Assembly (NCBI RefSeq): GCF_036515995.1
Contig: NZ_DATBUP010000010.1
Span: 9,455-73,454, forward strand
DNA: 64,000 bases
Origin: Pedomonas sp.
GTDB lineage: Bacteria > Pseudomonadota > Alphaproteobacteria > Sphingomonadales > Sphingomonadaceae
Reading direction: 5' to 3'
In this document: piece by piece, positions 28,138 through 36,360 of the stretch
How positions within the stretch are numbered: position 1 is the stretch's first letter
Layout of the letters: every line of letters begins with the position of its first letter
Position numbers and translations under genes: made by a program
The notes under the pieces: model-generated
The model's input: the letters and a program-made list of their open reading frames with translations, nothing else
Told to the model about the DNA's origin: nothing
Databases searched by the model: none

Positions 28138-28926
28138 CTACCGCCGCATGATGGCGGCAACGCCCCAGCCGGAGGCGAGCGCGATGATGACGGCGAGCAG
28201 GCCATAGGCCAGGCTCTGGTCGATGGCGAAGTTGTACACCGCCTGCTCGAAGCCGGTCTTGCCCACGGTCAGCGGCACCGAGGTGGTGGCGATCACCTGC
28301 CGGTCGGCAATCAGGAACACCGAGGCGGAATATTCGCCCACCGGCGCATCGCCCGGCAGCCGGGCGCTGGTGCGGAACAGCACCCCTTCCACCACCCGCA
28401 CACCGCCCATGTTCTCCACGTAAAGGCCGCCACGGTTGCGCAGGTCCACCAGCCCGGTCTGGAATTCCTGAATCTCCTGCGCGCTGCGCTCGGTCGAGGC
28501 GGGGGAGAAATGCAGGTTGGCGATGCCGAACTCGTAGATGGCCGCCGTCTTGGGGTCGACGATCTCCTCGAGCGGGCGGGTGCTGGAAATGGAATAGTAG
28601 CTGGGTGTGGTGTGGAACCGCACCGAGCGGGTGTTGAGCCACACGCCCGCCACCCGTTCCTTCTTGCGCACGGTCAGCGGGTGGGAGGGGCCGCGCACCA
28701 CCACGATCAGGTCGAGCTGGCGGTTGCGCAGGCTGGAGGCGCGGTCGATCGCGCCGAACAGCATGATGTCCGCCCCGGCGAAGGTGTACTCGATGTCCAC
28801 CCGGCTCTGGGAGAGGTCCGTGATCAGGCGCGGGCCCGCGCGCTGAGCCGAAGCCGCGCCGGGCAGGGCCGTCAGCATGCCGAGCGCGCACGCTAGCAGC
28901 AGGAAAAGGGCCGCCAGCCGCCTCAT
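28138..28926 (-). CDS. Alph_Pro_TM / TIGR02186-like conserved alphaproteobacterial membrane protein
   Basis: 262 aa with a signal peptide and a C-terminal TM helix. N-terminal block ITDLSQSRVDIEYTFAGADIMLFGAI. ATGA overlap with the upstream TauE gene, which is the usual pairing for this family. Confidence 0.7.
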   Translation of the reverse strand: MRRLAALFLLLACALGMLTALPGAASAQRAGPRLITDLSQSRVDIEYTFAGADIMLFGAIDRASSLRNRQLDLIVVVRGPSHPLTVRKKERVAGVWLNTRSVRFHTTPSYYSISSTRPLEEIVDPKTAAIYEFGIANLHFSPASTERSAQEIQEFQTGLVDLRNRGGLYVENMGGVRVVEGVLFRTSARLPGDAPVGEYSASVFLIADRQVIATTSVPLTVGKTGFEQAVYNFAIDQSLAYGLLAVIIALASGWGVAAIMRR

Positions 28927-29846
28927 AACGCCATGCCCTCCACCACGGTGAACAGCTCGCTCGGGCGGATCATCAGCTCCACCGCCAGCCGCGCGGAGAC
29001 GAGGAACACCAGAAGCCCCAGCGCCACGCGCAGCTTCTCGCCGCCAAGCTTCTGGGCGAACTGCGCGCCCAGCTGCGCGCCGACCGTGCCGCCCACCAGC
29101 AGCAGGATGGCCAGCAGGATATCGACACTCTGGGTGTTGATGGCGTGCAGCACGGTCACGGCCGCCGAGATGAAGATGATCTGGAACAGCGAGGTGCCGA
29201 CGACCACGCTGGTGGAAACGCCCAGCATGTAGATCATGGCGGGCACCAGAATGAAGCCGCCGCCCACCCCCATGATGGCGGTGAGCATGCCCACGGCCGC
29301 ACCCAGCGCCAGCGGCGCCAGCGGGCTGATGTAAAGGCCGGAGCGCGGGAAACGCATGCGCCAGGGCAGGCGGTGCAGCAGGCCGTGATGCCGCTTGCGC
29401 GCGGGCGGCGGGGCCTGCCCGGTTCGGGCGCGCAGTAACGCCCCGACGGATTCGATGAGCATGAGCCCGCCGATGACGCCGAGGATCAGCACGTAAAGCA
29501 GCTGAATGATGAAATCGACCTGGCCGACGTCCTTCAGCGCCTTGAAGATGTAGGAGCCGATCGTCGAGCCGACGAGGCCGCCGACGATCAGCACGCCGCC
29601 CATCTTGGGATCAACGCCGCCGCGCCGCCAGTGGGCGCGCACGCCCGAGACCGACGAGCCCGCGATCTGCGTGGCCGCGCTGGCTACCGCAACTGAGGGG
29701 GGAATGCCGTAGAAGATCAGGAGCGGCGTGGTGAGGAAGCCTCCGCCCACGCCAAACATGCCGGAGAGGAAGCCCACGACCGCACCGAAGCCGACAATGA
29801 CGAGGGCATTCACCGACATCTCGGCAATGGGCAGATAAATATCCAT
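28923..29846 (-). CDS. Sulfite exporter TauE/SafE family permease (DUF81)
   Basis: Trimmed to MDIYLPIAEMSVNALVIVGFGAVVGFLSGMFGVGGGFL. Polytopic, with the repeated GVGGG motif of TauE/SafE. Confidence 0.85.
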   Translation of the reverse strand: MDIYLPIAEMSVNALVIVGFGAVVGFLSGMFGVGGGFLTTPLLIFYGIPPSVAVASAATQIAGSSVSGVRAHWRRGGVDPKMGGVLIVGGLVGSTIGSYIFKALKDVGQVDFIIQLLYVLILGVIGGLMLIESVGALLRARTGQAPPPARKRHHGLLHRLPWRMRFPRSGLYISPLAPLALGAAVGMLTAIMGVGGGFILVPAMIYMLGVSTSVVVGTSLFQIIFISAAVTVLHAINTQSVDILLAILLLVGGTVGAQLGAQFAQKLGGEKLRVALGLLVFLVSARLAVELMIRPSELFTVVEGMAL

Positions 29847-30063
29847 CTCGGCCGTTCCAACCCCTACCCCAGGACGCTGACTTAAACCGGGTAACCGTTG
29901 CCGTCGAGGGGGGATTCCGGCGATCCCCTCCCGCTGCAAATCCCGGCCCGCCGGGTTTGTATCCCGTACCAATTCCGGTGAAAAAGGCGAGCCCTGAAGA
30001 CGTATCTCCAAGGCCCGCCGCGTCCAACCGATCGCGGACGGTTCAGGACAACCCGTTGGTTCT

Positions 30064-30924
30064 TTACGGCTTCACGAACTTGAGCGTCATGCGGTCGGAC
30101 TCGCCGATGGCGGCGTAGCGGCCGCGATCCTTTGCTCCTTCTGCGAAGCTCGGGGGAAGGGTCCACACGCCCTTGGGGTAGTCCTTGGTGTCGCGCGGGT
30201 TGGCGTTGATCTCCGACTTGCCGACCAGCTTGAAGCCTGCGCTTTCCGCCATGCGGATCACGTCGGACTCCTTCAGGTAGCCCGAGCGCGGGTTCACCTC
30301 GCGGTCTTCCGGCCAGCGGTGGTCGGTCACGCCCAGCACGCCGCCCGGCTTCAGCGCTGCAAAGAACAGCTTGAAGGCAGCCTCGGCGCTATTGGAGCCG
30401 ACCCAGTTGTGAACGTTGCGGAAAGTCAGCACCATGTCGGCGGTGCCGGGCGCAACGCCGAGCAGGTTCTTGCCCGGATTGAACGGCACCACCTCAACCT
30501 TCTCGTACACGTCCGGGTGGGTGCCCAGTTTCAGCAGGTAGCCGCCAAGGGACTTGCGGCCATAGGTCCCGCTGTTCGGGTCATTGTGCGCGGCAATGAG
30601 GCGGCCTTGCTCCTTGAGCACGGGGGCAAGGACTTCGGTGTACCAGCCGCCGCCCGGCGCGATCTCGACCACGGTCATGTCAGGGCGCAGGCCGAAGAAG
30701 GCGAGGGTTTCCTTCGGGTGGCGCTCCGCATCGCGGCCGCGGTTCTCCGGCGCACGGTGCGCACCGGCAAGGGCGGTGTCCAGTGCGGCGCTGATGCTGG
30801 TCTGAGCTGCACCCGGGACGCCCGGGGTGGCGGTGGACACCGGGGCTGCGGTCTGGGCCAGAGCCGGCGCACCCGCGCCGAGAACCGTGGCAAGGGCCAG
30901 GGCCGCATAGGTTGTGTAACGCAT
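30064..30924 (-). CDS. Class I SAM-dependent methyltransferase with N-terminal signal peptide (COG4798-like)
   Basis: Trimmed to MRYTTYAALALATVLGAGAPALAQ. SAM motif I VVEIAPGGGWY and a post-I/II region. Confidence 0.75.
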   Translation of the reverse strand: MRYTTYAALALATVLGAGAPALAQTAAPVSTATPGVPGAAQTSISAALDTALAGAHRAPENRGRDAERHPKETLAFFGLRPDMTVVEIAPGGGWYTEVLAPVLKEQGRLIAAHNDPNSGTYGRKSLGGYLLKLGTHPDVYEKVEVVPFNPGKNLLGVAPGTADMVLTFRNVHNWVGSNSAEAAFKLFFAALKPGGVLGVTDHRWPEDREVNPRSGYLKESDVIRMAESAGFKLVGKSEINANPRDTKDYPKGVWTLPPSFAEGAKDRGRYAAIGESDRMTLKFVKP

Positions 30925-31099
30925 TGAACACGATCTCCCGTTCAGGCTGGTTGCGCCTCTGTGACGATTAGGGCTGGCGCTTCCGGCAATTGCTCCCCAC
31001 ATTCCCGCAACAGTTGGCACCCCAGAACTCAGGCGACCACCTGACCAGACGGGAATGGTGCAACCGGCAGGTTAACGGATCGAGGCGCAGGCACAAGCT

Positions 31100-31315
31100 A
31101 TGGATTGGGAGACAACCATCGGGGCGTTCGTGGTGGTGGCGCTCATTACGCTCTGGGCCAACATCGCCTCCCGCCGTCCGCGCAGGCTGGGCCGGGTGCC
31201 GCTGATCCCGCCCGATGTCATTCAGCTGATCGGCCTCATCGCCCTGTTCATACTGGGCGCGCACCTAATCACGCTGTACCGGGGCGAGCCGCTGAACATC
31301 CGCTCACGGTTCTGA
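31100..31315 (+). CDS. Small two-TM membrane protein, hypothetical
   Basis: 71 aa. Strong G/C third-position bias typical of host coding DNA. Two hydrophobic helices flank an RRPRRLGR loop. The RBS is weak. Confidence 0.5.
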   Translation: MDWETTIGAFVVVALITLWANIASRRPRRLGRVPLIPPDVIQLIGLIALFILGAHLITLYRGEPLNIRSRF

Positions 31316-32143
31316 GGATTCGCCTGCGGGCCGGTGTTCGCTCAGCCGCAGCCGCAGCACGACGCCGGTGAGCCCGGAGGGCGCATCCGCCCCGTCCGGC
31401 AGGGGCAGGCGGGCGGCATCCCGCCGCGCCTTGTCCAGCAGGGCCTCCGGCATGTCCGGATCATGCAGAATGACATCGGCCCGCTGAAGGAGGCGCAGCT
31501 GACGCAGGGTGAGATCTTCGGGATCCGCGCTGCCGAGGCTGAGCGTCAGAACGTTCCGGTCGGGCTGAGTCTCGCCTGCCAGCGCCTCGGTGATCACCGT
31601 ATCCGCATCCGCCGTTGCCGCGAAAGGATCGAGCGCGCCGCCGGGGGCGAGCAGCCGGTCCCAGAAGGCGCGGCGGGCCTCAATGGTCGTGGCGTGGCGG
31701 GAAACGTCGGCGCGGCGGCGGGAGATCGCCTCGGCCAGCGAGCCGAGGGTGGGCGGCAACCACGCCTCCAGCCGCTCCCGCAGGGCCTTGGCGAGGGAGG
31801 CCGAGCGCCCCCCGGTGGCGATGGCGATGCTGACCGTGCCCCGGTCCACAATGGCGGGCACCTGAAAGTCGCACAGGTCCGGCCTGTCCACCACGTTGAC
31901 GGCAAGGCCCCGCTGTCTCAGCGCTTCTGCCCAGCGTTCGGCAAGGCGTGCGTCCGCCACCGCCACGAAGGCAAGGCGCGCGGGCGGCAGCGGATGGGCA
32001 TCGGGCGCGACCTCCGGGCTTAGGTGGACCGGCTCCCCGCCGGCGGCCCGCACCAGCCGGGCCTTGGCCTCGGCCATGCCGCCATGGCCCACCACGATCA
32101 CCGGTTTGCTCTGAATATCGAAGCTGAGAGGCAGAATGCGCAT
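31304..32143 (-). CDS. Precorrin-2 dehydrogenase / sirohydrochlorin ferrochelatase (CysG N-terminal type) with C-terminal remnant of the methylase domain
   Basis: N-terminal Rossmann block KPVIVVGHGGMAEAKARLV. The C-terminal ~80 aa, LSLGSADPEDLTLRQLRLLQRADVILHD, resemble only the first part of the SUMT domain (consensus LVGAGPGDPELLTLKA..L..ADVVLYD). Confidence 0.75.
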   Translation of the reverse strand: MRILPLSFDIQSKPVIVVGHGGMAEAKARLVRAAGGEPVHLSPEVAPDAHPLPPARLAFVAVADARLAERWAEALRQRGLAVNVVDRPDLCDFQVPAIVDRGTVSIAIATGGRSASLAKALRERLEAWLPPTLGSLAEAISRRRADVSRHATTIEARRAFWDRLLAPGGALDPFAATADADTVITEALAGETQPDRNVLTLSLGSADPEDLTLRQLRLLQRADVILHDPDMPEALLDKARRDAARLPLPDGADAPSGLTGVVLRLRLSEHRPAGESSEP

Positions 32144-32324
32144 GCCCCCACTCTACAGGAGGCCAGGCCGGGGCGCACCCCCGCCGTTGGCTCCCGGTGT
32201 TGCTTTTCAGACGTCCGGGGCAAATCTATGAGCAAGTAATTTTGTTATAATAATAACCACTTGCAGTATTGTTTCGGCCGTGTTTCAAGCCGGATGAGGG
32301 CAATCCTGCCGAGGGCTTTGCTGC

Positions 32325-34256
32325 ATGTTCTCTCCTCCACCGCTGCGCCGACTGACCGCGTCAGCCCTGTTGCTGGCGGCGGGCCTCGGCGCGTCCTCAG
32401 CGGGCGCAAGCGTGCTCTGTGTTGAAACACCGGACCCGAAGATCGCGGCTCTCTCGCGGCAGGTCGGACAGGACCCCCACGCGGCGCTGCGGGCCGCACA
32501 GCAACGGCTGGAAACTGACAAGACGCTCACGTCACAGCAGAAGGCCTGGCTGCACGCCGTTCGAGCCGCGGGCTATTGGGCGCTGTCTCGGGTTCGGGAT
32601 ACGAAAGAGGAATCGGCCATCGGTCTGGAGCTGGTTCCAGACCCGAAGGATCCCGCTCACGTTCAGCTGCTGATCCTCAACGGACAGGCGGATTTCCGGA
32701 TGGAGGCCATTCGTGCGGCCATCCCCCGGTTTGAGGCGGCGCGGGCGCACCATGACAAGGAGTCGGACGAGAGTCTATGCCTGCAGATTGCGCTGGCAGA
32801 TGCGCTGTTGCAGACCGACCAGATCGAATCTGCCGTCAGCCATTTTCAGGAGGCCTATGTCGCCGGGCAAGCCCCGGGGCGGGAGCAGCAGCGGGTTCAT
32901 GCCGCAATGGCTCTGGGCCAGTTCATGCGCTACGCCGGTGATTTCGAGCAGGCGCTTGCCCTGCTGGCAGAGCAGACCGCGTGGGACAAGCGCCACGGTC
33001 ACACCCATGGTCTCAGCAACGATTATTATTTTGTTGCCCGCTACCATCGCCTGGCCGGCCGACCGGCCGAGGCGGTTCAGTATTACGCCCAGTCCCGCCG
33101 GTTGAGCGCGCCGTTCGGCGACACGGTGGGGGACGCCTACATTGATCTCGAGTGGTGCATGGCTCTGACCGATATGGGCCGGCTACATGACGCCACGGCG
33201 CGGTGCGAGGCGGCCGCGAAGGTGTTCGTTGCCAACGGCGAGGAGGCCGAGGCAGAGGCGCATATCCAGATGGCTGAGATTGCGCTGAAGAAGCAGCAGC
33301 CCGCACGGGCGCTCGCTCTCCTGAACGGGGTGTTCCAGTCTTCTGCTGTCGAGTCCACCGCCATCAGTATCATGCAGGCCTACCGATACCGGGCGGAGGC
33401 GCAGGAGCGACTTGGCAACCACGCGCAGGCCTATGCAGATCTTGCGGAATATCTGCGTCAGTTCACCCGGCGCAATGAGGTGGAGCGCACACGGCAGATG
33501 GCTGCGCAGCGCGCGCTGGTGCAAATCAATCGCCAGATCGAGCGGAACGAGGCGCTTCGCCGCGAGCTGGAAGTGGCGAAGGACCGTCAGCAGCAGCAGG
33601 CCCGGCAACTGGTGCTGATGTTCGTGGTGGGCGTGTTGCTGATCGGCGGCCTGCTCTCGGGATATCTGGTCAGCCGGCGCCACCAGCTTGCTCTTCAGGA
33701 GGTGGCGCGCAAGGATTCGCTCACCGGGCTCAACAACCGCCGACGCACCGTCGAGCTGGCAAAATCCGTGTTCTATGATGTGGCAGAGACCCGGCGGCCA
33801 GTAGCAGTGGCCATCATCGATCTGGACCACTTCAAGCAGATCAACGACAGGTGGGGCCATGCGGCGGGCGACGCGGTGCTGATTGCCTTTGCCGAGACCT
33901 TGAAGCAGGCGGTGCGCCCGCAGGATATCATCGGCCGCTGGGGCGGCGAAGAATTTCTTGTGATATTGCCGAACACCGGGGCCGAGGCGGCGGCGGAGGT
34001 GATCGAGCGCACGCGCTCCGGCCTTGCCGGGTGCAGCCTGTCGTTCACGTCTGATTTTCGAGCCACGTTCAGCGCCGGGCTGGCCGTCGGCTTTGCACCC
34101 GAAGACGGGTTCCGTATCCTGCTCGACCGGGCGGATGACGCTCTCTATCGTGCCAAGGCGGAAGGGCGTGATCGCACCTGCCTTTACCAGCCCTGGAGCG
34201 AAAGGGAGGAGCCCGGTCCTGCACGGCTGCACCCTGCCGACGAAATTGCGGTCTGA
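32325..34256 (+). CDS. TPR-containing diguanylate cyclase (active-type GGEEF with RxxD I-site)
   Basis: 643 aa with a signal/TM segment, TPR-like repeats, a coiled coil and a TM helix. Then LTGLNNRR...RPQDIIGRWGGEEFLV, with RxxD five residues before GGEEF. Confidence 0.85.
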   Translation: MFSPPPLRRLTASALLLAAGLGASSAGASVLCVETPDPKIAALSRQVGQDPHAALRAAQQRLETDKTLTSQQKAWLHAVRAAGYWALSRVRDTKEESAIGLELVPDPKDPAHVQLLILNGQADFRMEAIRAAIPRFEAARAHHDKESDESLCLQIALADALLQTDQIESAVSHFQEAYVAGQAPGREQQRVHAAMALGQFMRYAGDFEQALALLAEQTAWDKRHGHTHGLSNDYYFVARYHRLAGRPAEAVQYYAQSRRLSAPFGDTVGDAYIDLEWCMALTDMGRLHDATARCEAAAKVFVANGEEAEAEAHIQMAEIALKKQQPARALALLNGVFQSSAVESTAISIMQAYRYRAEAQERLGNHAQAYADLAEYLRQFTRRNEVERTRQMAAQRALVQINRQIERNEALRRELEVAKDRQQQQARQLVLMFVVGVLLIGGLLSGYLVSRRHQLALQEVARKDSLTGLNNRRRTVELAKSVFYDVAETRRPVAVAIIDLDHFKQINDRWGHAAGDAVLIAFAETLKQAVRPQDIIGRWGGEEFLVILPNTGAEAAAEVIERTRSGLAGCSLSFTSDFRATFSAGLAVGFAPEDGFRILLDRADDALYRAKAEGRDRTCLYQPWSEREEPGPARLHPADEIAV

Positions 34257-34320
34257 CCGACAGCGCGGCGTGCCATTTGACATGACCGCTGTAATGCACC
34301 AGCCTGAATGCTCCTGAGGT

Positions 34321-34809
34321 ATGAGTAAATGGAGAGCCCCCATGATGTGCCGCCAAAGCCGACGGCTCAGTATTCTGAGCATCCTCGTTTGCGGGCTGGC
34401 CGGCGTTCAGGGCGCTCACGCTGCTGACACCAAGTCTTCAGGGACGGTCTACAGCCTCTCGCCGGAGGAAAAGGCGGAGATCGAGGCGGAAGGCCTCGAG
34501 CGCGAGATGCACGCTTCCGGTCTGGCGGGTGAGGACTCCGAACGGCGTATCCACGGCGAGGCATCGATGATGGTCGGCACGGGTGGCGCACGCGGCGTTG
34601 CCACATCTGTCGTGGCCCCGGTCGGCAAGAGCGCGACGGTTGGGGCGTCTTTCGTCTATGAGCGCAATCGCTACGATTACGACCCTTATGGCTATTACGC
34701 GCCCTCTGGCATTGAGCGCCACAGCTTTGGCGCGTCAGACCGCTTCGGCCACCTCGAGCGGGTCGAACGGATGGAGCGGTATCGGGACTGGCGGGCAGGC
34801 CGCCCGTAA
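34321..34809 (+). CDS. Hypothetical exported protein
   Basis: 162 aa. Signal peptide SRRLSILSILVCGLAGVQGAHA/AD. Host-like codon bias. Lies 64 nt downstream of the diguanylate cyclase on the same strand. Confidence 0.55.
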   Translation: MSKWRAPMMCRQSRRLSILSILVCGLAGVQGAHAADTKSSGTVYSLSPEEKAEIEAEGLEREMHASGLAGEDSERRIHGEASMMVGTGGARGVATSVVAPVGKSATVGASFVYERNRYDYDPYGYYAPSGIERHSFGASDRFGHLERVERMERYRDWRAGRP

Positions 34810-35015
34810 AGGTCGTGCTCCCGCCCGCTCAATTCATCCGCTAAGCGAAATCGCTGCCAGAGAGTTTTAAACCCATTATCAGAGGATTTTGCCTGCCAAA
34901 GCTGTGCAGGTAGCGGCAGGATCCGTTCTGGCGCTGTAACCTGCCTTTGCGGGCGATTGCTGGGCGTCCTGAGGACAGGAATCCCTCTCCCGCCGGGGAG
35001 GGCGGGGGAGGCGCC

Positions 35016-35816
35016 TCAGAACACCGGTTCGGAGCCCGGCTTCACCGGGGTGTGGATGCCGCATTCAGTCTTGTCCCAGCCGCGCCAACGGCCCGCACGC
35101 GGGTCTTCACCCGGGCGCACCGGGGTGGTGCAGGGCATGCAGCCGATGGAGAGGTAACCGTCCGCCTCAAGCGGGTGATGGGGCAGGTTGTACTGCTCCA
35201 TGTAGGCCACTAGATCCTCGCGGGTCCAGCGGGCCAGCGGGTTGATCTTCAGGCGGCTGTCCGCAATCTCGAACAGCGGAATGTTGGCGCGGGTGGCGGC
35301 CTGAAACGCCTTGCGGCCGGAAATCCACGCATCCACGCCGGTCAACGCGCGGGCCAGCGGCTCCACCTTGCGCACGGCGCAGCAGGCGTCCGGGTTGTAG
35401 GACCACAGCAGATACTTGGGGTCCGCCTCCGCCAGCTTTTCCGGCAGCGGCTCGAAGGTCTGCACGTTGGTCAGGCCCAGCAGCTTCACCAGCTGGTCCC
35501 GGTAGCGCGTCGTCTCGGGGAACAGGCGCAGCGTATCGATGAACAGCACCGGCACGGCCGGGTCGGCCTGCGCCACCAGATGCAGCAGTACGGAAGATTC
35601 GGTGCCGAAGGAGGAAACCATCGAGACCTGACCCGGGAGCACGTCCGTCAGCACCTCCCGCAGCATCTGGGCGGCAGGCACCTGTGCGAAACGCTGGTTC
35701 AGCTCATCCGCGTGGGCCTGCGTGAAGCGCGGCTGGAAGGTGGCGTCCGCCCCTTCCGCCAGCTCCAGGTCCAGCGATGCCAGTTCGGTGAACTCGGTCA
35801 TGGCCGGGTTATCCAT
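35016..35816 (-). CDS. cysH: Assimilatory adenylyl-/phosphoadenylyl-sulfate reductase CysH (Fe-S type)
   Basis: C-terminal ECGIH motif plus CC...CxxC cysteines (DACCAVRK, SIGCMPCT), which are typical of APS-type reductases. Confidence 0.9.
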   Translation of the reverse strand: MDNPAMTEFTELASLDLELAEGADATFQPRFTQAHADELNQRFAQVPAAQMLREVLTDVLPGQVSMVSSFGTESSVLLHLVAQADPAVPVLFIDTLRLFPETTRYRDQLVKLLGLTNVQTFEPLPEKLAEADPKYLLWSYNPDACCAVRKVEPLARALTGVDAWISGRKAFQAATRANIPLFEIADSRLKINPLARWTREDLVAYMEQYNLPHHPLEADGYLSIGCMPCTTPVRPGEDPRAGRWRGWDKTECGIHTPVKPGSEPVF

Positions 35817-36360
35817 TCCTGAGCGTCCAGACCGGACGGCGATCGTCGCTGGACTGCTGGTAGACGAAGGCGAAGCGGTCGAGCGCGCGACGGGCGGTTT
35901 CTTCCTTCACGCTGGGGTGCAGCGCGAGGCAGTCGATGCCGACGCGGATCATGTAGAACAGCTGGTCGGCCAGCACGTCGCCAATGGCGCGGATCTCGCC
36001 GGTGTACTTCAGCTGCTGACGCAGGATCGCGGCGGAGGAGTAGTTGCGCCCGTCGCGGAACTTGGGGAATTCCAGCTCCACGATGCCGATGCGTGCCAGA
36101 TGCGGGGCAATCTCCCGCACGTCCTCGCCCGCCTGAATGCGCACGCCAACGCTGCCGTAGCGGCTGTCGCCTGCCACGTCCGCCAGACGCTTCAGGCTGA
36201 CCACCACGTTGCCTTCCGCCGGAAGCTCGGCATCGTCGGGCACGAAGGTCCACTCGCGCGGCTCGTCCTCGCGCAGGCGGATCTCCAGCGCGCCTTCAAC
36301 CTCAAGAACGCCCGCGGTCGCCTCTTCCAGGCTTTTACGCTTGATCTCAATTCGAGCCAT
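35809..36360 (-). CDS. DUF934 domain protein (sulfite-reductase-operon associated)
   Basis: Trimmed to MARIEIKRKS. Positioned between cysI and cysH as in other alphaproteobacteria, overlapping both neighbours. Confidence 0.78.
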   Translation of the reverse strand: MARIEIKRKSLEEATAGVLEVEGALEIRLREDEPREWTFVPDDAELPAEGNVVVSLKRLADVAGDSRYGSVGVRIQAGEDVREIAPHLARIGIVELEFPKFRDGRNYSSAAILRQQLKYTGEIRAIGDVLADQLFYMIRVGIDCLALHPSVKEETARRALDRFAFVYQQSSDDRRPVWTLRNG

